From Gammaproteobacteria bacterium (GTDB lineage Bacteria > Pseudomonadota > Gammaproteobacteria > Ga0077536): 64,000 nucleotides of DNA. The position numbers and the translations under genes were made by a program. Within the stretch, counting starts at the first letter, position 1. The number at the start of each line of letters is the position of its first letter. Where the stretch lies: contig JACQWY010000011.1 of the NCBI GenBank assembly GCA_016209015.1, forward strand, positions 40,922 to 104,921, read 5' to 3'. Below are positions 48,682 through 56,956 of this stretch, piece by piece. The notes under the pieces are model-generated. The model did no database searches. It was not told the origin of the DNA and saw nothing but the letters and a program-made list of their open reading frames with translations.

Positions 48682-50358
48682 TCAATAGTTTGCAGAAAAG
48701 CCCGCCCACACGCGCGCACCGCCCTCGCCATCGGTCGAATCGTAAGCGCCGAGCGGATGCGAAACCGAAACGTCGACGTCGAAGTAGCGGGTCGCGTGCG
48801 CCAGGATCCCGAAGCCGATCCCGGTCAGCGACTGGGTGTGATGAACGCCGAGCTTCTCGTATTCCTTCGTGAACACGCGGCCGTGATCGATGAACACTTT
48901 CGCGGTGGTGTCGAACATCTTCCACTCCGGCAGCGGATGCTGCAGCTCGGCACTCAGGAAGTAGCCGTCGTCGCCACTGAGCTCGGAGGACGGGAACGCA
49001 CGGACGCTGGTCGGGCCGCCGAGACGGAAGCGCTCGGTGTCGACGAGCGGCTTCGCGGAGGCGACGCCCGTCGCGCGGAGTGCGACGGAGAGCTCGTGGT
49101 AGACCTTGCGGAAGTGACTCAGGTCGATCTGGAATTTCGCCGCCTCGGCGTTGTTCTCGGCCTTGCCGCTGGCCGGCGTGTTCGCATCGAAGTTCGACGA
49201 GAACGAGAAATTCGCGGTGCTGAAGCTCGAATCCGGATGGATGTAAGTGACGAGGGCGGTCAGCACGCCGACGCCGATGTCCTCGCCGGACCGCGTGCCC
49301 GTGCCGCGCTCGAACTGCCGCGTCACGGTGCGATCGAAGCCGAGCCCCATGTACAGATTGAGATTCTTCGAGCGGATGAACGGGTGCAGCACGTTGATCC
49401 CGAAGTTGTCACCTTCGCCATCGAGATCCAGCGAGGAGAACGCCGCCGGCAGACGATTGCGATCGACGTTGTAGTCGTAGCGCGCGAAATAGGCCGAAAC
49501 GCGCGTGCCCTGGTTCGTAATCGGCAGACTGTAGCGGAAACGGCCGTAGTGGAGCAGGCCGCGTTCGGCCATGACGCCCGACATCTCGAGCTTGTCACCG
49601 CGCCCCGTCAGGCCGTTCAGCGCGAGATCGGCCTCGGTGCGCCACTCGCCGATCGACGAGCGGCCGTAGTTGTTCAGGCGCAGCGCGGCATCGACCAGCT
49701 TCTCGGCGGATTGCACCGTGATGTCCGAGGTGCCGTATTCGTCGCCGGGCTGAATGACGCTCCTGGCGGAATAGCCCGGGAGATCGTTCAGCACGAGCAG
49801 CTGGCGCTCGAGCGCGGAGTCGCGGACCACTTCGCCGGACTTCAGGCTCGTCATGTTCCAGCGCAGGAAGTTCTCGTTGTAGCGGCGCTCGCCTTCGACG
49901 TTGATCTTGCCGATGCGGCCCTCGATCACTTCGAGCTTGATCGTGCCGGAAGCGACTTTCTGCGCCGGCACGTTCGCGCTTGCGACAGTGAAGCCGTGGG
50001 TGCGGTAATAGCGCGTGACGAGATCGGCGACGTCGTAGATTTCGAGCAGGGTGAGCTGCTTGCCCTCGTAGGGCGCGACGACCTGGTGGAGCTCGTCGCC
50101 CGAGATGGCACTGTTGCCCGTGATCTCGAACCGTTCGACGAGCACCTGCTTGCCGCCGGCGGGAACGCCCGCGCCGGCCTGCGGCGCGGCGGGCGCCTTC
50201 GGCAGGAGATCGGCGGGCGTCTTCGGCAATTCCTGGCGGGGACGCAGGGGTTCTTGCACGGTACCGGGCGTCGGTACGGCTTGGCCGTAGGCCGCGCAGG
50301 CGGTGGTGCAGGCGATTACGGCGGACAGGAGCCGCAGGGGCGTCGGGGCGCTTCTCAC
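48682..50358 (-). CDS. TpsB (ShlB/FhaC/HecB family) outer-membrane transporter, locus 2
   Basis: Signal peptide (AYG-Q), POTRA segments, LGGPTSVRAF loop-6 motif, C-terminal FSANY; GTG 50358 preferred because TTG 50394 lies at the predicted transcription start. Confidence 0.93.
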   Translation of the reverse strand: MRSAPTPLRLLSAVIACTTACAAYGQAVPTPGTVQEPLRPRQELPKTPADLLPKAPAAPQAGAGVPAGGKQVLVERFEITGNSAISGDELHQVVAPYEGKQLTLLEIYDVADLVTRYYRTHGFTVASANVPAQKVASGTIKLEVIEGRIGKINVEGERRYNENFLRWNMTSLKSGEVVRDSALERQLLVLNDLPGYSARSVIQPGDEYGTSDITVQSAEKLVDAALRLNNYGRSSIGEWRTEADLALNGLTGRGDKLEMSGVMAERGLLHYGRFRYSLPITNQGTRVSAYFARYDYNVDRNRLPAAFSSLDLDGEGDNFGINVLHPFIRSKNLNLYMGLGFDRTVTRQFERGTGTRSGEDIGVGVLTALVTYIHPDSSFSTANFSFSSNFDANTPASGKAENNAEAAKFQIDLSHFRKVYHELSVALRATGVASAKPLVDTERFRLGGPTSVRAFPSSELSGDDGYFLSAELQHPLPEWKMFDTTAKVFIDHGRVFTKEYEKLGVHHTQSLTGIGFGILAHATRYFDVDVSVSHPLGAYDSTDGEGGARVWAGFSANY

Positions 50359-50384
50359 ACTATTTAATCTCACAGCCGTATGGG

Positions 50385-50427
50385 AATCTTCCAAGGAAGA
50401 TTATAAACACGATATAAGGGATTGCAA
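50385..50427 (-). promoter_or_regulatory. Sigma70-like promoter with overlapping palindromic operator candidate
   Basis: Minus strand TTGCAA-N16-TATAAT (50427-50400); AATCTTCC-AA-GGAAGATT perfect 8-bp inverted repeat at 50385-50402. Confidence 0.6.
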
Positions 50428-50449
50428 ATTAAGCTTTTTTAGGGGGGCT

Positions 50450-51667
50450 TCAGTGCCCCTCCCCGATCCGGGCCGCTCGAGGCTCCAAGCAGCGCCGGAA
50501 GGAATCATACATTGCATGCAGGGTCTCCGTCCCGGCTTGCGCAGCGTACTTCGCGGCGAAGCGGCCGGCCGCCTCGCGAAACGCCGGCGCCGCGAGCAAG
50601 GCGGCGATTTTCCCGGGGATGTCGCCGGGCGCGAGCCGCGGCGCGGCGAGCCCCGCGCCATATTCCTCGAGCCGGCGCGCCGTCAGGAATTTCTCCAGGT
50701 TGTACGGCACGGCGAGCTGCGGCGTTCCGGCCTTGAGCCCGGACACGAGCGTGTTCAGGTTCGCGTTCGTGATCATGAGCGCGCTCTCGGCCGCGGCCCG
50801 CGGGACGTCGACGGGTTCGGACATCAGCTCCAGGGCCGGCAGCCGCGACCGCGCTCCGAGCGCGCCGCGATCGAGTCCCGGCGAGAAGAGGCAGACCCGC
50901 GCGCCTATCCCGGACAGCCCGGCCAGGATTTCGTCGAGCAGTATGCCGGGCTCGAGATAGGCGAAGACCGCCGGTCCCGCCCCGGCAGGCCAGCGCGGGG
51001 CCGCCCCGAACGCGGCATCTGCGTAAGTCCCGGCGTGCAGGACGCCGGGCCGCTCGGGATAGGGATCGAACTCCGGGACAGTCATCAGCACCTGCGGTGC
51101 CGCATAGAGATCGGCGAGGGCGGCGAGTGGCGCGGCATCGATTCCGGCGAGGGCCTCGTTCATGTTCGCGACGACCCGGTCCTCGGCCTCGAGCTGGCGG
51201 GCACGGTCGTGCGGCAGCCAGTAGCGGAGCGGGGGAACGGGGCGCAGCAGCGGCGGCGAATAGAAGCCGCTGCCGCAGACGATCGTGGGCACGCCGAGGG
51301 CGCGGCCCGCCATGAGCGCACTCGGGCTGAAGTCGGAGAAAATCGCGTCCGGTGCACGGGCGCGGAGCAGATCGCGCCAAGCGCGGGTCCGCACGGCGAG
51401 CGCCGCGCCGTCATCGAACCCGCAGTTCAGCAGGATCTCGGCGAACGTATACGGCAGCCGGATCCGACGCGCGGGCGGCGTCTCGCCCAACGGCGCCGCG
51501 AGAATTTCTGGCGCGTCGGCGCCGAACACGGCCGCGGCACGTTGCGGCGCCCGGGCCACGTAGACGACGCGATGGCCTTCCCCGCGCAGCTTCGCGACGA
51601 GCTCGCGATAGCGCAGGACGTGGCCGTAACCGGTGCCGTACTCCCAGCAGATGCAGATCGTCGCCAT
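50450..51667 (-). CDS. GT-B fold glycosyltransferase (GT1/GT28-like)
   Basis: ICICWEYGTGYGH N-terminal motif, DFSPSA, GTPQLAVPYNLEK UDP-sugar-binding region; ATG 51667 preferred over 51721. Confidence 0.85.
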   Translation of the reverse strand: MATICICWEYGTGYGHVLRYRELVAKLRGEGHRVVYVARAPQRAAAVFGADAPEILAAPLGETPPARRIRLPYTFAEILLNCGFDDGAALAVRTRAWRDLLRARAPDAIFSDFSPSALMAGRALGVPTIVCGSGFYSPPLLRPVPPLRYWLPHDRARQLEAEDRVVANMNEALAGIDAAPLAALADLYAAPQVLMTVPEFDPYPERPGVLHAGTYADAAFGAAPRWPAGAGPAVFAYLEPGILLDEILAGLSGIGARVCLFSPGLDRGALGARSRLPALELMSEPVDVPRAAAESALMITNANLNTLVSGLKAGTPQLAVPYNLEKFLTARRLEEYGAGLAAPRLAPGDIPGKIAALLAAPAFREAAGRFAAKYAAQAGTETLHAMYDSFRRCLEPRAARIGEGH

Positions 51668-51771
51668 CGTCCTCCCGGACCGCTGCGGAGACCGGGCGAG
51701 CCCGGCCCCCTTGCGCTTCATTCGCCCGGCGAATTATGCAATCATGCGGCGCACAGCACACCGATCCGCCT

Positions 51772-52578
51772 ATGGAAATTTCCTTGCTCGGTCTCCTCGC
51801 CATCATCGCGTACCTGGCGGCCGCCGTGCGCATCGCTGGCGGACGTCATGCCCTATCCGTGCTCGGTCTCGATGCTCGCCAGCAGGGGCTCGCGCTCGCC
51901 GGAATCGCCGTACTCATGCACGCCGTCGTGCTCTATCCGAGCACGCTCGTCGGCACGGGCGTCAACCTCGGCGTCTTCAACGCAGGCTCGCTCGTCGCAT
52001 GGTGCGTGACGGTGAGCGTCGTGGTCCTCGCACTCGTCAAACCGATCGAGAGTCTGGCCGTCGTGATCCTGCCGGTCGCGGCCGCAGCGATAGCGCTGAC
52101 ACTGATGTTCCCGGGCGCGCGGCTCATCACCTCGCACGTCGCGGTGGGACTCGAGCTGCACATCGCGCTCTCGATCGTCGCCTACAGTTTCTTCGTCATC
52201 GCGACCATCCAGGCCCTCTTCCTCGCGTTCGCCGAGCGCAAGCTGCGCCAACGCCACCCGATCCTGAATTTCCTGCCGCCGCTGCCCACGATGGAATCCG
52301 TGATGTTCCAGCTCACCGGGCTCGCGTTCGTGCTGCTGACGATCGCGCTCGCGCTCGGCACGCTCTACATCGTGAACGTCCGCACCCAGCACCTCGGACA
52401 CAAGATCACCTTCTCGCTGCTCGCCTGGCTCGTCTTCGCGGTCCTCGTCACCGGGCGCTGGCGCTATGGCTGGCGGGGGCGCCACGCGGTCAAATACGTC
52501 GTCACCGGCTTCGTTCTGCTCGCGATCGGTTTCTTCGGCACGAAAGTCGTCCTCGAACTGATTCTCCACCGGGCCTGA
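51772..52578 (+). CDS. ypjD: Inner-membrane cytochrome c assembly-family protein (YpjD/CcsA-like)
   Basis: Eight TM-like helices, LHIALSIVAY, LPPLPTME, HKITFSLLAW, GRWRYGWRG; ATG 51772. Confidence 0.88.
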   Translation: MEISLLGLLAIIAYLAAAVRIAGGRHALSVLGLDARQQGLALAGIAVLMHAVVLYPSTLVGTGVNLGVFNAGSLVAWCVTVSVVVLALVKPIESLAVVILPVAAAAIALTLMFPGARLITSHVAVGLELHIALSIVAYSFFVIATIQALFLAFAERKLRQRHPILNFLPPLPTMESVMFQLTGLAFVLLTIALALGTLYIVNVRTQHLGHKITFSLLAWLVFAVLVTGRWRYGWRGRHAVKYVVTGFVLLAIGFFGTKVVLELILHRA

Positions 52579-53892
52579 ATGATTCCGGACGACCCGGTGT
52601 TACTGCTCGTCGGCACCCTGGTCGGGATGATCGTCGGCGCGGCCTACTTCGCCGGCACCGAGACCGCGCTCATGGCACTCAACCGCTACCGCCTGCGCCA
52701 CCTCGCCGATCGCGGCCACCCGGGTGCGAAGCGCGCGTCCAAACTCCTGGAGCGGCCGGATCGGCTGATCGGCTTCATCCTGCTCGGCAACACGTTCGTG
52801 AACATCGTCGCGACCCAGATCGCGACCATCGTGACGCTCGAGGCGTACGGCGAGCACGGCCTCATCGTGGTGACCGCCGTGCTCACCGTCCTGCTCCTCG
52901 TCTTCGGCGAAATCCTGCCGAAGACTTTCGCCGCGCTGAATCCCGAGCGTGTCGCGTTCCCGTCGAGCTGGCTCCTGCTGCCGCTCATGTGGCTCTGCCA
53001 TCCGATCACCGCGACGCTGAATGCGGCGACGAATGCGATTCTGAAACTCTTCCGCACCGAGCCGCGCGGCAGCGGCGCGGAGGCGTTGAACCGCGAGGAG
53101 CTGCGCACCGTCGTGAAGGAAGCCGGCGCCATGATTCCCGAGAAGCACCGCGACATGCTGTTCGGCATTCTCGATCTCGAGAAGGCGAACGTGCAGGACA
53201 TCATGATCCCCCGCGGCGAGATCGTCGCCATCGATCTCGACGAGGACTGGGTCGACGTGGTCGATCAGATCGTCGCCTGCCGCCATACCCGCGTGCCCTG
53301 CTACCGCGGCAGCATGGACAACGTCATCGGCATCCTGCACATGCGCAATCTCGCCCGCCTGATGCGTGACGACGACGGCTTCGGTCGCGAAGACTTGGTC
53401 TCGATCCTGGCCGAGCCCTACTACGTACCGCTCAAGACCGACCTCAACACCCAGCTCATCAACTTCCAGGTGCAGCGTCAGCGCATGGGTCTCGTCGTCG
53501 ACGAATATGGCGACATCGAAGGGCTCGTGACGATCGACGATCTGCTGGAAGAGGTCGTCGGCGAATTCACCACCGTGCCGCAGTTCAATACCCGGGGCAT
53601 CGTGCCGCAGGCCGACGGCAGCTTCCTCGTCGACGGCTCGGCCTATGTTCGCGAGCTGAATCGGGGCTATGGCTGGAGTTTTCCGGACGAAGGGCCGAAA
53701 ACCCTGAACGGGCTGATCATGGACGCCCTGGAGGACATCCCGGAGACCGGGACGAGCCTGCGCATCGGCGGCTACACGATCGAAATCGTGCACAGCACCG
53801 GGCATTCGGTGCGAACGGCGCGGGTGTTCCCGCCCCACGTGGAACCCGGCGCGCCCGGCGGAGAGGAAGCACATGACGAAACCAGAGACTGA
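52579..53892 (+). CDS. HlyC/CorC (CNNM/DUF21-CBS-CorC) transporter, YfjD/CorB-like
   Basis: ETALMALNRYRL, ILLGNTFVNI, FGEILPKT, IMIPR, VVDEYGDIEGLVT-DDLLEE-VGEF, KTLNGLI. Confidence 0.93.
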   Translation: MIPDDPVLLLVGTLVGMIVGAAYFAGTETALMALNRYRLRHLADRGHPGAKRASKLLERPDRLIGFILLGNTFVNIVATQIATIVTLEAYGEHGLIVVTAVLTVLLLVFGEILPKTFAALNPERVAFPSSWLLLPLMWLCHPITATLNAATNAILKLFRTEPRGSGAEALNREELRTVVKEAGAMIPEKHRDMLFGILDLEKANVQDIMIPRGEIVAIDLDEDWVDVVDQIVACRHTRVPCYRGSMDNVIGILHMRNLARLMRDDDGFGREDLVSILAEPYYVPLKTDLNTQLINFQVQRQRMGLVVDEYGDIEGLVTIDDLLEEVVGEFTTVPQFNTRGIVPQADGSFLVDGSAYVRELNRGYGWSFPDEGPKTLNGLIMDALEDIPETGTSLRIGGYTIEIVHSTGHSVRTARVFPPHVEPGAPGGEEAHDETRD

Positions 53893-54241
53893 ACAACGCC
53901 GCTTCCATCGCCTGTGGGCGGATGGCACGGCAGTCCTGACGGTGAACGGCACGGAGCATCGCGCCCCGCTCGTCGATCTCTCACTGAAGGGCGTATTGAT
54001 CAGGAAGCCCGCAGATCTCGCGCTCGCGGCGGACGCACCCGTCACGCTCGTCGTCCTGCTCGGTGAGGGCGGACCGCGCATCGCGATGGAAGGCCGTGTC
54101 GCGCACGTCGAGGCCGAGACCATCGGCATCTGCTGGCAGCAGATCGACCTCGACAGCATTTCCGAGCTGCGCCGCTTCGTGGAACTCAACCTCGGCGATT
54201 CCGACGTGTTGAATCGGGAGCTGAGCCAGCTCTTCACGTGA
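53873..54241 (+). CDS. Single-domain PilZ c-di-GMP receptor (MapZ/PA4608-like)
   Basis: RRFHR (RxxxR) and DLSLKG (DxSxxG) motifs, LRRFVELNLGD...L-REL tail; next to radA as in Pseudomonas. Confidence 0.9.
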   Translation: MTKPETEQRRFHRLWADGTAVLTVNGTEHRAPLVDLSLKGVLIRKPADLALAADAPVTLVVLLGEGGPRIAMEGRVAHVEAETIGICWQQIDLDSISELRRFVELNLGDSDVLNRELSQLFT

Positions 54242-54384
54242 GCTCCGGACCGGGTGTCCGAGGCTCGGATGCGGGTCTGATTCTTCCAAAGCGCATGTCG
54301 AAGGGATCCTCGGCGCATCGCGTCGATTCCGCGCTCGATGCGCCTCCATCGCCGGCACCTCGTGTAGGTCCTGCGCCTGTCTAA

Positions 54385-54536
54385 GGAAGCTCTGAACAAG
54401 TTCAGAGCTTCCTGCGGCACATGGACGTGCCGCCGTGAACAGTGGCGTAAGCCTTTGTTCACGTAAGGTCGGTAAGAACCACGCTTCTTGCCGACCGTGC
54501 TCTGAAAAGTCCAGGATGGACTTATTCAGAGCTTCC
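54385..54536. mobile_element. IS5-family-derived MITE (152 bp, non-autonomous)
   Basis: 16-bp imperfect TIRs GGAAGCTCTGAACAAG / (rc) GGAAGCTCTGAATAAG; flanked by direct repeat CTAA (54381-54384, 54537-54540); internal hairpins; no transposase. Confidence 0.8.
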
Positions 54537-55892
54537 CTAAATCAGGTCCAACGCCTCGGCCAAGCGGCTCACCGGAATCACCTCGATGTCGCGCGCGCCG
54601 CCCTTGGGCGCATTCGCCTTCGGGACGATGGCCCGTTTGAAGCCGTGCTTCGCCGCTTCCTTCAAACGCTCGGGCCCGGCCTGCACGGGCCGGATTTCGC
54701 CGGCGAGCCCGATTTCGCCGAACGCGACGAGATCCTGCGCGACCGGCCGATCGCGCAGGCTCGATATCACCGCGAGGAGGGTCGCGAGATCCGCGCCCGT
54801 CTCCGTGACCCTGACCCCGCCGACGATGTTCGCGAAGACGTCGCTGCCGCCGGTCGCCACGCCGCCATGTCGATGCAACACCGCGAGCAGCATCGCCAGA
54901 CGATTGTGCTCGAGCCCGACGGTCACGCGCCGCGGATTCGCGAGCACGCTCTGATCGACGAGCGCCTGGACCTCCACGAGCAGCGGCCGCGTGCCCTCGC
55001 GCGTGACCATCACGACGCTGCCCGGCACCGGCTGCTCGTGGCGCGAGAGCAGCATCGCGGAGGGATTCGTCACCTCTTTCAGACCGCGATCCGTCATCGC
55101 GAAGACGCCGAGCTCGTTGACCGCGCCGAAACGATTCTTGAACGCCCTGACGAGACGATACCGCCCGCCCTGCTCGCCCTCGAAATAGAGCACGGCATCG
55201 ACCATATGCTCGAGCACGCGCGGCCCGGCGAGCGCGCCCTCCTTCGTGACGTGGCCGATGAGGTAGACCGCGGTCCGTGAGTTCTTCGCGAAGCGCACGA
55301 GCTGCGCCGCGCACTCGCGCACCTGCGCGATGCTGCCCGGCGCCGATTGCATGGCGGAGGAATACACGGTCTGGATGGAATCGATGACGAGGATCCCGGG
55401 TTGCTCGGCACGCGCGAGCGCGAGGATGCGATCGATGTCGGTGTCCGTCAGCACCCGCAGACCCGCCCCGGGCAGCGCGAGCCGCGACGCACGCATCGCG
55501 ATCTGCGCGGAGGATTCCTCGCCGCTGACGTAGAGCGATTTCACGCGGTCCTGGACGAGCGCGAGGCTCTGCAGCAGCAGCGTCGACTTGCCGATTCCGG
55601 GGTCGCCGCCGAGCAGAACGATGGAGCCGGCGACGAGCCCGCCCCCGAGCACGCGATCGAGCTCGCCGATGCCGGTGGCGTAACGCGCCTCGGCTTCCGG
55701 GCGCACTTCGCCGAGCGTGACGATGCGCGGCGCCTCGCCGCTGTAGGAAGCGTGGCGCGATTTAGCGGCGGCGGTATCCGCGACGAGCGTCTCGACGAGC
55801 GTGTTCCACTGCCCGCAGTCCGGACACTGGCCCGCCCATTTCGACTGCGCCGCACCGCACTGTTCGCACTGGTACTGGCGCTTCGTCTTCAT
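54537..55892 (-). CDS. radA: DNA repair protein RadA/Sms
   Basis: CEQCG...WAGQCPDCGQW zinc finger, GDPGIGKSTLL, KNRFG, Lon-like C-terminus; ATG 55892. Confidence 0.97.
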   Translation of the reverse strand: MKTKRQYQCEQCGAAQSKWAGQCPDCGQWNTLVETLVADTAAAKSRHASYSGEAPRIVTLGEVRPEAEARYATGIGELDRVLGGGLVAGSIVLLGGDPGIGKSTLLLQSLALVQDRVKSLYVSGEESSAQIAMRASRLALPGAGLRVLTDTDIDRILALARAEQPGILVIDSIQTVYSSAMQSAPGSIAQVRECAAQLVRFAKNSRTAVYLIGHVTKEGALAGPRVLEHMVDAVLYFEGEQGGRYRLVRAFKNRFGAVNELGVFAMTDRGLKEVTNPSAMLLSRHEQPVPGSVVMVTREGTRPLLVEVQALVDQSVLANPRRVTVGLEHNRLAMLLAVLHRHGGVATGGSDVFANIVGGVRVTETGADLATLLAVISSLRDRPVAQDLVAFGEIGLAGEIRPVQAGPERLKEAAKHGFKRAIVPKANAPKGGARDIEVIPVSRLAEALDLI

Positions 55893-56956
55893 CCCTGCGT
55901 CTCGACGAACTGCGCGCGCATGCGCATCCGGCAGAGGAGCTCGTAGGGAATCGTGCCCGCGCTCCGCGCGACGTCCTCGACCGGCAGCGCCGGTCCCCAC
56001 AGCGTCACCGGATCGCCGACGCGCGCCTCCGGCACCGGTCGCAGATCCACGGTCAGCATGTCCATCGAGGCGTGTCCGAGCACTTGCGTGCGCACACCGT
56101 TCACGAGCACCGGCGTGCCCGTGCCCGCGTGGCGCGGATAGCCGTCGCCGTAGCCGAACGCGACGACACCGATCGGCATGTCCCCGGGACAGCGGAACGC
56201 CTGGCCGTATCCGACGCCGCCGCCGGCCGCGACGCGCTTCACCGCGATGAGCGCGGAAGTGCAGGTGAGCACGGGCTTCAGGCCGAGATCGGCGCCGCTG
56301 GAATCCGCGAACGGCGAGACGCCGTAGAGCATGATGCCGGGCCGCACCCAGTCTCCGTGTGCGTCGGGGCGATTCAGGATCGCGCTCGAGTTCGCGACGC
56401 AGATCTCGCCGCGACGGCCTTCCATCGCGACGCGGAACGCGGCGAGCTGGCGCTCGATGCTCGGGTCGCCCGGAATGTGCGCGCTCGCGAAGTGGGTCAT
56501 ATAGCGAATGACGCGATCCGGCCGCGCGAGCGCCTCGAAGACACGCCCGAGCTCGTGCGGCGCGAAGCCGAGTCGGTGCATGCCGGTATCGATCTTGATC
56601 CAGGCGGGGATCGGCTCGGGCACGGCGGCGAGCATCGCGATCTGCTCGTCGTTGTGAACCACGGTTTCGAGGCCGTGGGCGACGATTTCGGGGATTTCGG
56701 CGGCTTCGAACGGACCGTCGAGCAGCACGATGGGCTGGCGGACATCGGCGGCGCGGATGCGGATCGCCTCTTCCACCGAGGCGACGCCGAACGCATCGGC
56801 CGCGGTGAGCGCGCGCGCCATGCGCGCAACGCCGTGTCCGTAGCCGTCCGCTTTCACGATCGCGAGGATGCGGCGCCCCGGCGTCGCGCGCCGCACGAGG
56901 TCCAGATTCCAGCGGGCAGCGTCGGCGTCGATCAGGGCCCGGGCGGGCCGCGTCAT
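55889..56956 (-). CDS. alr: Alanine racemase
   Basis: IVKADGYGHG PLP-Lys, KIDTGMHRLG, WVRPGIMLYG, GYGDGYPR, GTIPYELL; ATG 56956 inside ORF 55889..58105. Confidence 0.96.
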   Translation of the reverse strand: MTRPARALIDADAARWNLDLVRRATPGRRILAIVKADGYGHGVARMARALTAADAFGVASVEEAIRIRAADVRQPIVLLDGPFEAAEIPEIVAHGLETVVHNDEQIAMLAAVPEPIPAWIKIDTGMHRLGFAPHELGRVFEALARPDRVIRYMTHFASAHIPGDPSIERQLAAFRVAMEGRRGEICVANSSAILNRPDAHGDWVRPGIMLYGVSPFADSSGADLGLKPVLTCTSALIAVKRVAAGGGVGYGQAFRCPGDMPIGVVAFGYGDGYPRHAGTGTPVLVNGVRTQVLGHASMDMLTVDLRPVPEARVGDPVTLWGPALPVEDVARSAGTIPYELLCRMRMRAQFVETQG

